A stretch of 43,975 bases of DNA from contig DATJVW010000023.1 in assembly GCA_035501675.1 (NCBI GenBank), positions 1-43,975 of the forward strand, in the 5' to 3' direction. This document shows, piece by piece, positions 24,829-36,330 of the stretch. Positions within the stretch are counted from its first letter, which is position 1. Each line of letters begins with the position of its first letter. A model generated the notes under the pieces. That model ran no database searches, was not told where the DNA came from, and saw only the letters and a program-made list of their open reading frames with translations. The position numbers were made by a program, and so were the translations under genes. The stretch comes from Burkholderiales bacterium. GTDB taxonomy: Bacteria > Pseudomonadota > Gammaproteobacteria > Burkholderiales > SHXO01.

Positions 24829-26721
24829 TTGAATAACCTCATCAAGAACGTCGCCATCTGGCTGGTGATCGCGCTGGTCCTCATGACGGTGTTCAACCAG
24901 TTCAGCGCACGCCAGCCGAGCCAAAAGCCGATGGACTACTCCACGTTCATCGAGGAAGTGCGGTCGGGCAACATCACCAGGGTGACGATCGAGGGCAAGC
25001 TCATCAAAGGCGTCAAGAAGTCGGGCGAGAAGTTCGTGACGTACCCGGCGCCCGACCTGTGGATGGTGAGCGATCTGCTCAAGAACGGCGTGACCGTGGA
25101 AGCGAAACCCGAAGAGGAGCAGGGCTTCCTGATGCAGGTATTCATCTCCTGGTTCCCCATGTTGCTGCTGATCGGCGTGTGGATCTTCTTCATGCGCCAG
25201 ATGCAGGGCGGGGGACGCGGCGGCGCCTTCTCCTTCGGCAAGAGCCGCGCTCGCATGCTGGACGAGAGCAACAACCAGGTGACCTTCGCCGACGTGGCCG
25301 GCTGCGAGGAAGCCAAGGAGGAAGTGAAGGAGCTGGTGGAGTTTCTGCGCGATCCGGGCAAGTTTCAGAAGCTGGGCGGGCGCATCCCGCGCGGCGTTCT
25401 GATGGTCGGCAGTCCCGGCACCGGCAAGACGCTGCTGGCCAAGGCCATCGCAGGGGAAGCAAAGGTGCCCTTCTTCAGCATCTCGGGGTCCGACTTCGTC
25501 GAGATGTTCGTCGGCGTGGGCGCAGCGCGTGTGCGTGACATGTTCGACCAGGCCAAGAAGCACGCGCCTTGCATCGTGTTCATCGACGAGATCGACGCTG
25601 TCGGGCGCCAGCGCGGCGCCGGTCTGGGCGGCGGCAACGACGAGCGCGAGCAGACGCTGAACCAGCTGCTGGTCGAGATGGACGGCTTCGAGGGCAACTC
25701 CGGCGTCATCGTGATCGCGGCGACCAACCGTCCCGACGTGCTCGACCCGGCGCTGATGCGCCCGGGACGCTTCGACCGCCAGGTAGTGGTGCCGCTGCCC
25801 GATATTCGGGGCCGCGAGCAGATCCTCAACGTGCACATGCGCAAAGTGCCGGTGGCCCCGGACGTGCGCGCCGACATCATCGCGCGCGGCTGCCCGGGGT
25901 TCTCGGGGGCGGACCTGGCCAACCTGGTGAACGAGGCGGCGCTGTTCGCCGCTCGTAGCAACAAGCGCCTGGTCGAGATGGACGACTTCGTGCGCGCCAA
26001 GGATAAAATCATCATGGGCGCGGAGCGCCGCTCCATGATCATGCCCGAAGAGGAACGTCGCAACACCGCATATCACGAGTCCGGGCATGCGGTGATCGCC
26101 AAAATACTCCCCAAGACCGACCCGGTGCACAAGGTGACCATCATCCCGCGCGGGCGCGCGCTCGGCGTGACGATGCAGCTGCCCGAGCAGGACCGCTACA
26201 GCTACGATCGCGACTTCCTGCTCAACCGCGTGGCCGTGCTGTTCGGCGGCCGGATCGCGGAGGAAGTGTTCATGGGCCAGATGACGACCGGCGCGAGCGA
26301 CGACTTCCGCAAGGCGACCGATCTCGCGCGCCGCATGGTCACGGAGTGGGGCATGACCGACGCCCTGGGCCCGATGGTGTACGGTGAGGACGAAGGAGAG
26401 GTGTTCCTCGGGCGCTCTATCACCACCCACAAGAACGTCTCCGAAGCCACTATGCAAAGCGTGGATGCCGAGATCCGGCGCATCATCGACCAGCAATACA
26501 CGCTTGCCCGCAAGCTGATCGAGGATAACCGGGACAAGGTCGAGAGCATGGCCAAAGCCCTGCTGGAGTGGGAGACGATCGACTCTGACCAGATCAACGA
26601 CATCATGGCCGGACGGTCGCCGCGCCCGCCGAAGCCAGCGCCGTCCGCGCCACCTCCGCCGCCGGACAGCTCGCCCACCGCGCCCGCGCCGAGCTCGACG
26701 CCGGCGCCGGGAATCAAGTGA
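24829..26721 (+). CDS. ftsH: ATP-dependent zinc metalloprotease FtsH
   Basis: 630 aa. TTG start with AAGGAG upstream. Walker A GSPGTGKT, Walker B IVFIDEID, zinc motif HESGHA and a Pro-rich C-terminal tail. Confidence 0.96.
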   Translation: MNNLIKNVAIWLVIALVLMTVFNQFSARQPSQKPMDYSTFIEEVRSGNITRVTIEGKLIKGVKKSGEKFVTYPAPDLWMVSDLLKNGVTVEAKPEEEQGFLMQVFISWFPMLLLIGVWIFFMRQMQGGGRGGAFSFGKSRARMLDESNNQVTFADVAGCEEAKEEVKELVEFLRDPGKFQKLGGRIPRGVLMVGSPGTGKTLLAKAIAGEAKVPFFSISGSDFVEMFVGVGAARVRDMFDQAKKHAPCIVFIDEIDAVGRQRGAGLGGGNDEREQTLNQLLVEMDGFEGNSGVIVIAATNRPDVLDPALMRPGRFDRQVVVPLPDIRGREQILNVHMRKVPVAPDVRADIIARGCPGFSGADLANLVNEAALFAARSNKRLVEMDDFVRAKDKIIMGAERRSMIMPEEERRNTAYHESGHAVIAKILPKTDPVHKVTIIPRGRALGVTMQLPEQDRYSYDRDFLLNRVAVLFGGRIAEEVFMGQMTTGASDDFRKATDLARRMVTEWGMTDALGPMVYGEDEGEVFLGRSITTHKNVSEATMQSVDAEIRRIIDQQYTLARKLIEDNRDKVESMAKALLEWETIDSDQINDIMAGRSPRPPKPAPSAPPPPPDSSPTAPAPSSTPAPGIK

Positions 26722-26740
26722 TCGACCGTAGGGCGGGGCA

Positions 26741-27661
26741 GTGAGCGGCGAGGCGCACGCCCAGCGGGGCGGATCTGCCGCGCGCACCTTGCGCCTTCCC
26801 CCAACCGCTGCCCCAACGCCCGCACTTCAGTGCGGGCGTTTCGTTTTGTCGCTGGCCCGGCCTCTGATCATGGGCGTGGTAAACGTCACGCCTGATTCGT
26901 TCTCCGACGGCGGCCGGTTCTTGGAAGCCGACCGGGCGATTGCCCACGGAAGCGAGCTGGCGCGCCAGGGGGCGGACATCCTTGACATCGGAGGCGAGTC
27001 CACCCGCCCGGGCGCGCGGCCCGTGCCTGCGGCGCAGGAGCTGGACCGCGTCCTGCCCGTAGTCGAGGGTCTGCGCGGGCTCGACCTTCCCCTGTCGGTC
27101 GACACCCAGAAGCCCGAAGTCATGCGCGCGGCCCTCGCTGCGGGGGCGAGTATGATCAACGACGTCAACGCGTTGCAGACCGACGGCGCGATCGACGTGG
27201 TCCGCGGCAGCGAGTGCGCCGTCTGCCTCATGCACACGCGCGGCGATCCGCTGACGATGCAGGAGAACCCGCACTACGACGACGTGGTCGGCGAGGTTCG
27301 GGAGTTCCTCGCGCGCCGCGTGGCGGCGTCCGAAGCGGCGGGCGTGTCCCGCAGCCGCATCGTGGTGGACCCTGGCTTCGGCTTCGGCAAGCGCTCGGCT
27401 CACAACCTGGAGCTGCTGCGCAACCTCGGGGCGCTCGTTGAACTTGGCGTCCCGGTGCTCGTCGGCCTCTCGCGCAAATCCACTTTGGGTAGAATCACCA
27501 ACCAGCCCACGGAACAGCGGACCATCGCCAGCGTCACGGCTGCGTTGCTGGCAGTGCAGCGCGGCGCCGCCATAGTGCGGGTGCACGATGTGGCGCAAAC
27601 CCGCGACGCGCTACGCATCCTGGGCGCAGTAGACGAGCTGGGGTCCCGCTTCGATGACTAG
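26741..27661 (+). CDS. folP: Dihydropteroate synthase
   Basis: [26 protein letters not shown] and a pterin-binding core. The exact start is uncertain: GTG 26741, or the in-frame TTG about 20 codons downstream. Confidence 0.88.
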   Translation: MSGEAHAQRGGSAARTLRLPPTAAPTPALQCGRFVLSLARPLIMGVVNVTPDSFSDGGRFLEADRAIAHGSELARQGADILDIGGESTRPGARPVPAAQELDRVLPVVEGLRGLDLPLSVDTQKPEVMRAALAAGASMINDVNALQTDGAIDVVRGSECAVCLMHTRGDPLTMQENPHYDDVVGEVREFLARRVAASEAAGVSRSRIVVDPGFGFGKRSAHNLELLRNLGALVELGVPVLVGLSRKSTLGRITNQPTEQRTIASVTAALLAVQRGAAIVRVHDVAQTRDALRILGAVDELGSRFDD

Positions 27662-29033
27662 AAAGTATTTCGGGACCGACGGCGTGCGCGGCAAGGTGGG
27701 CGAGCTGCCGATCACGCCCGAGATGGTCATGCACCTGGGCTACGCAGCCGGTAAAGTCCTGGCCGGCAGCGCGCCGCGCGGGACCGCGACCGACCCGCCC
27801 GCGGTCCTGATCGGCAAGGACACGCGTATTTCCGGCTACATGCTGGAATCGGCGCTGCAGGCCGGATTGTCGGCCGCCGGGGTGGACATCTACCTGAGCG
27901 GCCCGATCCCGACTCCGGCGGTCGCCTATCTGGCCCGCGCTCTGCGGTTGCAGGCGGGCGTTGTCATCAGCGCGTCGCACAACCCGTTCGAAGACAACGG
28001 CATCAAGTTCTTTTCCGCCAACGGCGACAAGCTGCTCGACGCGATCGAGCAGGAGATCGAACGTCGGCTGGAGGACCCGATCGTGACGGCGCCTTCGGCG
28101 GGGCTGGGCAAGGCCCGCCGCATCAACGACGCGGCGGGGCGCTACATCGAGTTTTGCAAGAGCACGTTCCCGAACGATCTGGATCTGCGCGGGCTGAAGA
28201 TCGTGGTGGACTGCGCCCATGGCGCCAGCTATCACATCGCTCCGCATGTGCTGCACGAGCTGGGCGCGGATGTAGTGGCCGTGGGGAATCAACCCGACGG
28301 GCTCAACATCAACCGCGACTGCGGCGCGACCCATCCGCAGACGCTCGCGCAGGCGGTGATCGAGAACCAGGCGGATCTGGGCATCGCGCTGGACGGCGAC
28401 GGCGACCGGGTGGTGATGGCCGACCGGGGCGGGCGGCTGTACGACGGCGACCAGCTGCTGTTCGTGATCGCGCGCCACCGGCACGAGAACAAGGCGCTCA
28501 GAGGCGGGGTGGTCGGCACGCTGATGACCAACTTCGGCCTGGAGCGCGCGCTGGCGCAGCTGCATATCCCATTTGCGCGCGCAGCGGTAGGCGATCGCTA
28601 CGTGCTGGAAAAGCTCCGTGAAGTGGGCTGGCAACTCGGCGGAGAAAACTCCGGCCACATCGTCTGCCTGGACAAACACACCACCGGCGATGGCATCGTC
28701 TCCGCGCTGCAGGTCCTGCATGCGTTGCGCGCCGGGAACGGGACCCTGGACCAGCTCGCGTCCGCGCTGGTGCTCTACCCGCAGGTGCTGGTGAACGTCC
28801 GCATCGAGCGCGGCGCCGATCCGCGTCAGCGCCCCGAGGTCCAGGCCGCTGTCAAGCTCGCCCAGGCTAGGCTGGCCGAGAGCGGTAGAGTCCTCCTTCG
28901 CCCCTCGGGCACCGAGCCGGTAGTCCGGGTCATGGTGGAGGGCGAGCCGGAGAGCCTGGTCCGGGAGCTCGCGGAATCCATCGCGACGTCGATTCGCGCC
29001 TCGGGTATGGCCGCGTCCGGGCTCCGGGACTGA
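27654..29033 (+). CDS. glmM: Phosphoglucosamine mutase
   Basis: 459 aa. [13 protein letters not shown] and the active-site serine loop [15 protein letters not shown]. It overlaps the folP stop by 8 nt. Confidence 0.95.
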   Translation: MTRKYFGTDGVRGKVGELPITPEMVMHLGYAAGKVLAGSAPRGTATDPPAVLIGKDTRISGYMLESALQAGLSAAGVDIYLSGPIPTPAVAYLARALRLQAGVVISASHNPFEDNGIKFFSANGDKLLDAIEQEIERRLEDPIVTAPSAGLGKARRINDAAGRYIEFCKSTFPNDLDLRGLKIVVDCAHGASYHIAPHVLHELGADVVAVGNQPDGLNINRDCGATHPQTLAQAVIENQADLGIALDGDGDRVVMADRGGRLYDGDQLLFVIARHRHENKALRGGVVGTLMTNFGLERALAQLHIPFARAAVGDRYVLEKLREVGWQLGGENSGHIVCLDKHTTGDGIVSALQVLHALRAGNGTLDQLASALVLYPQVLVNVRIERGADPRQRPEVQAAVKLAQARLAESGRVLLRPSGTEPVVRVMVEGEPESLVRELAESIATSIRASGMAASGLRD

Positions 29034-29134
29034 GCCGGACCGTCCCCGGCGCGGCCCCGACCGCCGGTACAGGTCCACGCCACCGGACGATGTCCGGAGC
29101 GCTTGGCAACCGCGGGCTCGCGCTCGGGCCGTGC

Positions 29135-29168
29135 GGTGTAACGGATCTGTCATCTGCGCAGGCTAGAC
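29135..29168 (+). promoter_or_regulatory. Pho box plus -10 element upstream of pstS
   Basis: GTGTAAC-GGAT-CTGTCAT (29135-29152) fits the PhoB-box architecture of two 7 bp direct repeats (CTGTCAT-type) separated by 4 bp. TAGACT (29163-29168) lies 10 bp downstream, as in E. coli pho promoters. Confidence 0.55.
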
Positions 29169-29223
29169 TGCCCTCGCCTTACTCTGTGCACTTCGGCATC
29201 ATCCGTCTGGGGGGACGACTTCA

Positions 29224-30267
29224 ATGCGCAACTACACAGTTCAAATACTATTGCTCCTGGGTGCTTGGGCAGTGGCAGCGGCCGGTACCGCCGCGGACAT
29301 CACGGGCGCCGGTGCGACGTTCCCCTATCCGATCTATGCCAAGTGGGCCGACGCCTACAAGACACAAACCGGCATCGGCATGAACTATCAGTCGATCGGT
29401 TCGGGCGGCGGCATCAAACAGATCAAAGCGAAGACGGTCGACTTCGGCGCGTCCGACATGCCGCTCACCCCCGAAGAACTCGACAAGGACGGGCTGCTGC
29501 AATTCCCGGCTATCGTCGGCGGCGTGGTGCCCGTGGTGAACCTGGAGGGGGTGTCGCCGGGGCAGCTGCGCCTGACCGGCCGGGCGCTTGCCGACATCTT
29601 CCTGGGCAACATCAAGACCTGGAACGATCCGGCGCTCGTGGCGTTGAACCCGGATCTGAAACTTCCCGCGTCGGCCATCACAGTCGTGCGGCGGGCCGAC
29701 GGGTCGGGGACCACCTTCGTTTTCACCGACTACCTCTCGCAGGTCAGCAACGAGTGGAAGAGCCGGGTCGGAGAGGGCACGTCGGTTTCATGGCCGGTCG
29801 GAGTGGGCGGCAAGGGCAACGAAGGCGTCGCGGCCTATGTCCAGCGCATCAAGGGCTCGATCGGCTATGTCGAGTACGCTTATGCGAAGAAGAACAACAT
29901 GGGCTACTGCCAGATGCAGAACAGGGCAGGGCAGGTGGTGCAGCCGGACGATGAGTCCTTCGCCGCCGCCGCGGCCAACGCGCGCTGGGACAAGGCTCCC
30001 GGCTTCTACGAGCTGCTGACCGATCAGCCCGGAGCGAAAAGCTGGCCCATGACCGGCGCCAGCTTTATCCTGCTGCACAAGGTTCCCGCCGACCCGGCGA
30101 AGACGGGGGCCGTGCTCGCCTTCTTCGACTGGGCCTTCAAAAACGGCGGCGGCATGGCGAGCGAGCTGGACTACGTGGCGATGCCGGCCAGCGTCGTCAA
30201 GCTGATCGAGAACGCCTGGCGTACGCAGATCAAGACCGCGAGCGGCGCAGTGGTCTGGAACCGGTAA
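29224..30267 (+). CDS. pstS: Phosphate ABC transporter substrate-binding protein
   Basis: 347 aa with a signal peptide. GAGATFPYPIYAKW, SGGG and a DGSGTT-like PBP motif. Confidence 0.94.
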   Translation: MRNYTVQILLLLGAWAVAAAGTAADITGAGATFPYPIYAKWADAYKTQTGIGMNYQSIGSGGGIKQIKAKTVDFGASDMPLTPEELDKDGLLQFPAIVGGVVPVVNLEGVSPGQLRLTGRALADIFLGNIKTWNDPALVALNPDLKLPASAITVVRRADGSGTTFVFTDYLSQVSNEWKSRVGEGTSVSWPVGVGGKGNEGVAAYVQRIKGSIGYVEYAYAKKNNMGYCQMQNRAGQVVQPDDESFAAAAANARWDKAPGFYELLTDQPGAKSWPMTGASFILLHKVPADPAKTGAVLAFFDWAFKNGGGMASELDYVAMPASVVKLIENAWRTQIKTASGAVVWNR

Positions 30268-30297
30268 CGGCGTCGCCCGGCGGCCGATCCGGGTAAG

Positions 30298-30343
30298 CGC
30301 CGCCGGGCTGCTCGGCCCGGCGGCGTTGTTTCGTTTCAATTTT
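30298..30343 (+). terminator. Intrinsic terminator or attenuator between pstS and pstC
   Basis: CGCCGCCGGGC-tgctcg-GCCCGGCGGCG is an 11 bp perfect stem. It is followed by the T-rich run TTGTTTCGTTTCAATTTT. Confidence 0.6.
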
Positions 30344-30362
30344 GTTCGGAACCGGAGTAAAT

Positions 30363-31364
30363 TTGGGCTCGCCTTCGATCAGTGATGCGCTGACAGTGAC
30401 GACGGACGAGCCGACCGCACACTACAACACCATCAAGCAGGGGCGGCAGGACGCCCTGTTCCGGCGGACGACCCAGCTCTTTGCGGTGGTGGTGCTGGGT
30501 TTGCTCGCAGCTATCGTCGTCTCGCTGGCGATCGGCGCCGCCCCCGCCTTCCACAAGTTCGGGCTGCAGTTCGTGTTCGACACGCAGTGGAACCCCGTGA
30601 CGGAGGAGTTCGGCGCATTTGTGCCGATCTTCGGCACGCTGGCTACTTCGGCCGTGGCGTTGCTCATCGCCATTCCGCTCAGCTTCGGCATCGCGCTGTT
30701 CCTCACCGAGTTGTGCCCCACTGCGCTGCGCACGCCCTTGGGTATCGTCATCGAGCTCTTGGCCGCGGTCCCCAGCATCATCTACGGCATGTGGGGACTG
30801 TTCGTGTTCGCGCCGCTGTTCGCGGAGCACGTGCAGCCTTTCCTGCAGACGACCCTCGGGCACATTCCGCTGATCGGCACGCTGTTCCAAGGCCCGCCTA
30901 CGGGCATCGGAATTCTGACTGCCGGAATCATCCTGGCGTTCATGGTGATTCCCTTCATCGCGGCGGTCATGCGGGACGTGTTCGAAATCGTCCCTGCCAT
31001 CCTCAAGGAATCGGCCTATGCGCTCGGATCCACGACGTGGGAAGTGGTATGGCACGTGGTGCTGCCCTACACCAAGGCCGGTGTGGTCGGCGGCATCATG
31101 CTCGGGCTGGGGCGCGCGCTGGGCGAGACCATGGCAGTGACCTTCGTGATCGGCAACTCCTACGACTTGAGCTTGTCCCTATTCAGTCCCGGCAACAGCA
31201 TCGCTTCCAGCCTAGCCAACGAGTTCGCCGAGGCCCACAGCGAGATGCACACCAGTGCCCTCATTGCGCTGGGTCTGCTGCTGTTCGTGATCACCCTGAT
31301 CGTGCTGGCCGCGGCCAAGCTGCTGCTCCTGCGTGTGGCGCGGGGCGAGGGCGAGCGCACGTGA
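30363..31364 (+). CDS. pstC: Phosphate ABC transporter permease PstC
   Basis: Colinear with PstC ([12 protein letters not shown] ... [21 protein letters not shown]). I prefer the TTG 30363 start because GGAG lies 5 nt upstream. TTG 30342 and GTG 30396 are alternatives. Confidence 0.9.
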   Translation: MGSPSISDALTVTTDEPTAHYNTIKQGRQDALFRRTTQLFAVVVLGLLAAIVVSLAIGAAPAFHKFGLQFVFDTQWNPVTEEFGAFVPIFGTLATSAVALLIAIPLSFGIALFLTELCPTALRTPLGIVIELLAAVPSIIYGMWGLFVFAPLFAEHVQPFLQTTLGHIPLIGTLFQGPPTGIGILTAGIILAFMVIPFIAAVMRDVFEIVPAILKESAYALGSTTWEVVWHVVLPYTKAGVVGGIMLGLGRALGETMAVTFVIGNSYDLSLSLFSPGNSIASSLANEFAEAHSEMHTSALIALGLLLFVITLIVLAAAKLLLLRVARGEGERT

Positions 31365-31378
31365 CGGCGCATAGGGCC

Positions 31379-32218
31379 ATGAACCTGTACCGCAAACGCA
31401 TTGTCGCCAACCAGATCGGTCTGGCCCTGTCTATGGTTGCGATGATGATCGGCCTGGGCGCCCTGGTCTGGATCCTCGGAACGCTGCTGTTCAAGGGGCT
31501 GGGCGCGCTCAAGCCGCAGGTTTTCATGCAGATGACGCCGCCGCCCGGCAACGACGGCGGGTTGCTCAACGCCATCTACGGCAGCCTGTTGATGGTTGGC
31601 ATGGGCACCCTGATCGCGACGCCGACCGGCATCCTTGCCGGAATTTACCTCGCGGAATACGGGCAGCGCAGCTGGCTCGCCCCGGTGACGCGCTTTGTCA
31701 ACGACATCCTGTTGTCGGCTCCCTCAATTATCCTGGGGTTGTTCGTCTATGCTGTCTATGTCGCCAAGGTCGGGCACTTTTCCGGCTGGTCAGGAGCGTT
31801 CGCGCTCGCGCTCATCGCTATCCCGGTCGTCGTCCGGGCCACCGACAACATGCTCTCGCTTGTGCCCAACAGCCTGCGGGAGGCGGCCGCAGCGCTGGGA
31901 GCCCCGCGCTGGAAGGTCATCCTACTGGTGACGCTACGCGCAGCGCGCGCCGGCGTCATCACCGGGATACTGCTGTCCCTGGCCCGCATCAGCGGAGAGA
32001 CGGCGCCGCTGCTGTTCACATCCCTCAACAATCAGTTCTGGAGCAGCGACCTGAACGCGCCGCTGGCCAACTTGCCGGTGGTGATCTTCCAGTTCGCCAT
32101 GAGCCCGTACGAAGACTGGAAGCGGCTGGCGTGGGTCGGCGCGCTGCTCATCACCCTGAGCGTGCTGCTGCTCTCCATCATCGCGCGGGTGCTGACCCGC
32201 CAGAAGATTTCCACCTGA
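31379..32218 (+). CDS. pstA: Phosphate ABC transporter permease PstA
   Basis: [19 protein letters not shown] ... [15 protein letters not shown] ... [12 protein letters not shown] is colinear with E. coli PstA. The in-frame GTG 31361, overlapping the pstC stop (GTGA), is an alternative start. The track's 543 aa ORF is an artefactual extension. Confidence 0.92.
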   Translation: MNLYRKRIVANQIGLALSMVAMMIGLGALVWILGTLLFKGLGALKPQVFMQMTPPPGNDGGLLNAIYGSLLMVGMGTLIATPTGILAGIYLAEYGQRSWLAPVTRFVNDILLSAPSIILGLFVYAVYVAKVGHFSGWSGAFALALIAIPVVVRATDNMLSLVPNSLREAAAALGAPRWKVILLVTLRAARAGVITGILLSLARISGETAPLLFTSLNNQFWSSDLNAPLANLPVVIFQFAMSPYEDWKRLAWVGALLITLSVLLLSIIARVLTRQKIST

Positions 32219-32248
32219 GCGGCTTCTGGAACCGGAGGCGACGGCGTA

Positions 32249-33049
32249 ATGGACACCATGGTCAGACTGGATGCGAAGCGTAAGGAGACCGTTACCCCTC
32301 CGAAGATCCGGATCCGGGATCTCAACTTCTTCTACGGCGACTATCAGGGGTTGAAGAGGATCAGCATGGACGTTCCCGAGAACAAGGTCACCGCGTTCAT
32401 CGGGCCGTCCGGCTGCGGGAAATCGACCCTGCTGCGCACGCTCAACCGCATGTATGACCTGTATCCGCGTCAGCGGGCAGAAGGCGAGATCCTGTTCAAC
32501 GGTTCGAATATCCTCACGCCGAAGCAGGACCTCAACCTGCTGCGCGCCAAGATCGGAATGGTGTTCCAAAAGCCTACGCCGTTTCCCATGTCGATCTATG
32601 ACAACATCGCCTTCGGCGTAAGGCTTTACGAGCACCTGTCTAAGGCGCAGATGGACGAGCGGGTAGAGTGGGCGTTGCGCAAGGCGGCGCTGTGGGAGGA
32701 GGCGAAAGACAAGTTGAACCAGAGTGGCCTGAGCCTGTCGGGTGGACAGCAGCAGCGCCTGTGCATCGCCCGCGGCATCGCGGTGAGGCCCGAGGTGCTG
32801 CTGCTGGATGAACCGACGTCGGCGCTCGACCCGATCTCCACCGCCAAGATCGAGGAGCTGGTCTCGGAGCTCACGCAGGATTACACCATCGTCATCGTGA
32901 CCCACAATATGCAACAGGCCGCGCGCGTGTCGGATTTCACCGCCTATATGTATCTCGGTGAGCTGATCGAATTCGACAGCACCGACACCATCTTCATCAA
33001 ACCCAGGAATCAGGCCACCGAGGATTACATCACGGGCCGCTTCGGCTGA
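32249..33049 (+). CDS. pstB: Phosphate ABC transporter ATP-binding protein
   Basis: 266 aa. Walker [10 protein letters not shown], signature LSGGQQQRL and Walker [12 protein letters not shown]. Confidence 0.96.
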   Translation: MDTMVRLDAKRKETVTPPKIRIRDLNFFYGDYQGLKRISMDVPENKVTAFIGPSGCGKSTLLRTLNRMYDLYPRQRAEGEILFNGSNILTPKQDLNLLRAKIGMVFQKPTPFPMSIYDNIAFGVRLYEHLSKAQMDERVEWALRKAALWEEAKDKLNQSGLSLSGGQQQRLCIARGIAVRPEVLLLDEPTSALDPISTAKIEELVSELTQDYTIVIVTHNMQQAARVSDFTAYMYLGELIEFDSTDTIFIKPRNQATEDYITGRFG

Positions 33050-33212
33050 TCGACCTGCGATGCCACGGCGCGGACAAGACGCGTCGGCTACTCAGGGCAA
33101 AGACGCCATTCCAGGGCATGGGCTTCGCGCGATGCGCAAGGCGCATTGCCCCTCAGGCATGCATCGAACGGACCGCACTCGGCTGCGCAGCGCCGCGCGG
33201 TAGCTCTTCAAA

Positions 33213-33241
33213 TTGACCGCCCCCGTCGGGCAGAGTAACAT
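33213..33241 (+). promoter_or_regulatory. Candidate sigma70 promoter for tpiA-secG
   Basis: TTGACC (33213-33218), a 17 nt spacer, then TAACAT (33236-33241). Confidence 0.4.
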
Positions 33242-33315
33242 TCTTGCGTTTTTACGCGGGGTTGCCGGGCAGCCGGATCGTCCTCGGACGGCGGCTCGGT
33301 CTTTCGACTGAACAG

Positions 33316-34071
33316 ATGCGAGCAAAGCTGGTGGCTGGGAACTGGAAGATGCATGGGCGTCTTTCAGACAACGCGAAGCTGCTGGCGGAGGTCGTCGGCG
33401 GGTCCAAGGCGCTGTCACGGTCACAGCAGGCCGTTTGTGTTCCGTTCCCCTATCTGGGACAGGCGCGCGACATACTGCGCGAGACGCCCATCGCATGGGG
33501 CGCGCAGAATCTCAGCCACCACGCGGCGGGGGCGCACACCGGAGAAGTGTCCGGCGGCATGCTCCGCGATCTCGGCTGCGCCTATGTAATCGTCGGACAC
33601 TCCGAGCGCCGCGCGCTGTATGGCGAGGACAGCGCTACGGTCGCCCTCAAGTACAAGGCGGCGGTCGACGTTGGCCTGGTGCCGATTCTATGCGTGGGCG
33701 AGACCCTGGCACAGCGCGAGGCCGGCGATACCGAATCGGTGGTGGACGCGCAGCTCGCTGCCGTTACGGCGCGCTTCGGCGCACAGGCGCTCGCCGCGGG
33801 GGTCATAGCCTATGAGCCGGTATGGGCCATCGGTACCGGTAAAACCGCTGCACCCGAGCAGGCGCAGGCCGTGCACGCCCACATCCGGGCTCGCGTTGCG
33901 GGTGGCGCAGGTGTTGCGGCTGAGCAAGTGAAGATACTCTATGGCGGCAGCGTCAAGGCGTCCAACGCCGCCCAGCTGTTCGCCATGCCGGATATAGACG
34001 GTGGTTTGATCGGCGGGGCGTCGCTGATCGGGAGCGAATTTGTGGCGATCTGCCGCGCCGCGGACCAGTGA
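33316..34071 (+). CDS. tpiA: Triose-phosphate isomerase
   Basis: MRAKLVAGNWKMHG, GHSERR and AYEPVWAIGTG. The start is moved from the track's 33244 to ATG 33316. Confidence 0.94.
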   Translation: MRAKLVAGNWKMHGRLSDNAKLLAEVVGGSKALSRSQQAVCVPFPYLGQARDILRETPIAWGAQNLSHHAAGAHTGEVSGGMLRDLGCAYVIVGHSERRALYGEDSATVALKYKAAVDVGLVPILCVGETLAQREAGDTESVVDAQLAAVTARFGAQALAAGVIAYEPVWAIGTGKTAAPEQAQAVHAHIRARVAGGAGVAAEQVKILYGGSVKASNAAQLFAMPDIDGGLIGGASLIGSEFVAICRAADQ

Positions 34072-34092
34072 CTGGATTTTTGGGGTACGGAG

Positions 34093-34458
34093 ATGATCGA
34101 CATTTTGATTCTGCTGGTGCATGTGATCGCGGCGGCTGGAGTCGTAGGGCTGGTTCTGCTTCAGCACGGCAAGGGCGCCGACATGGGTGCGGCGTTCGGT
34201 AGCGGTGCGTCGGGCAGCCTGTTCGGTGCGTCGGGATCGGCTAACTTCCTCAGCCGAAGCACGGCGGTTCTCGCCGCCGTGTTCTTCCTTACGAGCATGG
34301 GCCTGACCTACGTCATCAGTCACAGGCCCCAGGTGGGCAGCGTAATGGAGACGCGCACTCCCGAGCAGCCGCCTGCCGAGGTTCCCGCCGCCGCAACCAA
34401 GCCGGCGGATACCACGCCGCCGCAAGGGGAATCGAAGGCCAAGGACATTCCAAAGTAG
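34093..34458 (+). CDS. secG: Preprotein translocase subunit SecG
   Basis: 121 aa. Two TM helices flank the Gly-rich motif GKGADMGAAFGSGASGSLFGASG. The tpiA-secG-tRNA-Leu-nuo context is conserved. Confidence 0.9.
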   Translation: MIDILILLVHVIAAAGVVGLVLLQHGKGADMGAAFGSGASGSLFGASGSANFLSRSTAVLAAVFFLTSMGLTYVISHRPQVGSVMETRTPEQPPAEVPAAATKPADTTPPQGESKAKDIPK

Positions 34459-34508
34459 GCCGAGGCACGCGCCGGAGTCCTCGACCCAAGCGCGCCGGCG
34501 GAACCCAA

Positions 34509-34593
34509 GCCGATGTGGTGAAATTGGTAGACACGCCGTCTTGAGGGGGCGGTGGCGAAAGCCGTGTGAGTTCGAGTCTCACCATCGGCACCA
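34509..34593 (+). tRNA. tRNA-Leu (anticodon GAG), class II with a long variable arm and encoded CCA
   Basis: Folded by hand. Acceptor GCCGATG/CATCGGC. D-loop AAATTGGTAGA. Anticodon stem CCGTC/GGCGG with loop TTGAGGG. Variable arm GGCGAAAGCC. T-arm GTGAG-TTCGAGT-CTCAC. Discriminator A, then CCA. Total 85 nt. Confidence 0.92.
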
Positions 34594-34704
34594 GGAATTC
34601 GCGGGTGCGGGCGCAGTGATGTTGAGAGCCGGTAGTCCGGTTTGGACCGTGTACGAAGCGGAGCGGGAGCGTTTGCCTTCACCGGGGTCAGCCCCGAACA
34701 GGGT

Positions 34705-35073
34705 ATGCTGGGACAGTATTTTCCGATCCTGATGTTCATTTGCGTCGGGCTTGCGATCGGCATTCTGCTCCCGCTTGTCGGGAGCAGCGCGAGCAGGCTG
34801 CTCGGCGTGCACAGGCCCGACGCCGAAAAGCTGTCGCCCTATGAGTGCGGCTTCGAGGCCTTCGAGGATGCGCGCATGAAGTTCGACGTTCGCTACTACC
34901 TCGTCGCCATCCTGTTCATCTTGTTCGATCTGGAGATCGCCTTTCTGTTCCCGTGGGCTGTGGTCCTCCAGGAGATCGGGTTATTTGGTTTCGTATCCAT
35001 GATGGTCTTCCTCGGAATTCTGGTGGTGGGCTTCATCTACGAATGGAACAAGGGCGCATTGGAGTGGGAGTGA
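34705..35073 (+). CDS. nuoA: NADH-quinone oxidoreductase subunit A
   Basis: 122 aa from [11 protein letters not shown], with PYECGFEAF and [10 protein letters not shown]. The start is moved from 34642. Confidence 0.94.
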   Translation: MLGQYFPILMFICVGLAIGILLPLVGSSASRLLGVHRPDAEKLSPYECGFEAFEDARMKFDVRYYLVAILFILFDLEIAFLFPWAVVLQEIGLFGFVSMMVFLGILVVGFIYEWNKGALEWE

Positions 35074-35135
35074 AACCTTTGCTCCCTGGATGCGGTCTGC
35101 TCTAGAAGGAGGGCTGCTTTGGACGAAATAGGCAC

Positions 35136-35612
35136 ATGAGCATCGAGGGCATCACCGAGCAGGGTTTTGTCACGACCACCCTGGACAACGTGATCAACTG
35201 GACCCGCACCGGGTCGCTGTGGCCGATGACTTTCGGCCTGGCCTGTTGTGCGGTGGAGATGATGCACGCCGGGGCGGCGCGCTACGACCTGGACCGCTTC
35301 GGCGTCGTCTTCCGCCCGAGCCCGCGCCAATCCGACGTGATGATCGTAGCCGGCACCCTGTGCAACAAGATGGCTCCCGCCTTGCGCAAGGTCTATGACC
35401 AGATGGCCGAGCCGCGTTGGGTGATCTCCATGGGCTCGTGTGCCAACGGCGGGGGTTATTATCATTACTCCTACTCCGTGGTGCGCGGCTGCGACCGCAT
35501 CGTCCCGGTGGATGTATACGTGCCCGGCTGCCCGCCAACCTCGGAAGCGCTGCTCTATGGCATCATCCAGCTGCAGAACAAAATCCGCCGTACCAATACG
35601 ATTGCCCGCTAG
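35136..35612 (+). CDS. nuoB: NADH-quinone oxidoreductase subunit B
   Basis: 158 aa. N2 cluster ligands in [20 protein letters not shown] and YVPGCPP. Confidence 0.96.
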   Translation: MSIEGITEQGFVTTTLDNVINWTRTGSLWPMTFGLACCAVEMMHAGAARYDLDRFGVVFRPSPRQSDVMIVAGTLCNKMAPALRKVYDQMAEPRWVISMGSCANGGGYYHYSYSVVRGCDRIVPVDVYVPGCPPTSEALLYGIIQLQNKIRRTNTIAR

Positions 35613-35636
35613 GGACCACTCCGCACCCGACCCAGC

Positions 35637-36251
35637 ATGCCCACGCGCACCGACGAGCTGCAGAGCGCTCTGCAACAGCACTTCGACGGCCGCTTGCTCA
35701 GCGTCGTTTGCGCCCGGGACGAACTCACCGTGGAAATCGAGCCGGCGGACATGCTCGGCGTCGCGCGGGTATTGCGCGACGCGCCGGATCTGCGCTTCGA
35801 ACAACTCACCGACCTTTGCGGCGTCGACTATCTGACCTACAAGGACGGTATCCGAGAGGGTCGGCGTTTCGCCGTCGTCTACCATCTGTTGTCGATGCTC
35901 CACAACCGGCGGCTGCGGCTGCGCCTGTTCGCCGCAGATGACGAACTGCCCGTTGTGGACTCCGTCACCGCGCTATGGCCGTCGGCCGACTGGTATGAAC
36001 GCGAAGCCTTCGACCTGCTCGGGATCGTCTTTACCGGACATCCCGACTTGCGACGCATCCTCACCGACTACGGGTTCGTCGGGCACCCTTTCCGCAAGGA
36101 CTTCCCGCTGTCCGGGAATGTCGAGATGCGCTACGACCCCGACCAGCAGCGCGTGATCTACCAACCGGTCACCATTGAGCCGCGCGAGATCGTGCCGCGC
36201 GTCGTGCGCGAAGCGAGCTACGCGGATGTCGAGCCGAAGCACAAGCAATAG
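35637..36251 (+). CDS. nuoC: NADH-quinone oxidoreductase subunit C
   Basis: 204 aa. [26 protein letters not shown] is the NuoC signature. Confidence 0.94.
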   Translation: MPTRTDELQSALQQHFDGRLLSVVCARDELTVEIEPADMLGVARVLRDAPDLRFEQLTDLCGVDYLTYKDGIREGRRFAVVYHLLSMLHNRRLRLRLFAADDELPVVDSVTALWPSADWYEREAFDLLGIVFTGHPDLRRILTDYGFVGHPFRKDFPLSGNVEMRYDPDQQRVIYQPVTIEPREIVPRVVREASYADVEPKHKQ

Positions 36252-36330
36252 GCAGCGGTCGTGGCAGAGATTCGCAAGTGCACCATGAACTTTGACTGGG
36301 GCCGCCCGGCGCGGTCCCCTGAGGAGCGCA

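Noticed and set aside
33092-33496. A 134 aa minus-strand ORF in the pstB-tpiA gap, as a candidate missing gene (for example a phoU remnant).
   Set aside because: It overlaps the 5' end of tpiA, has a low-complexity Arg/Ala/Pro-rich translation, and has no resemblance to PhoU that I can see.
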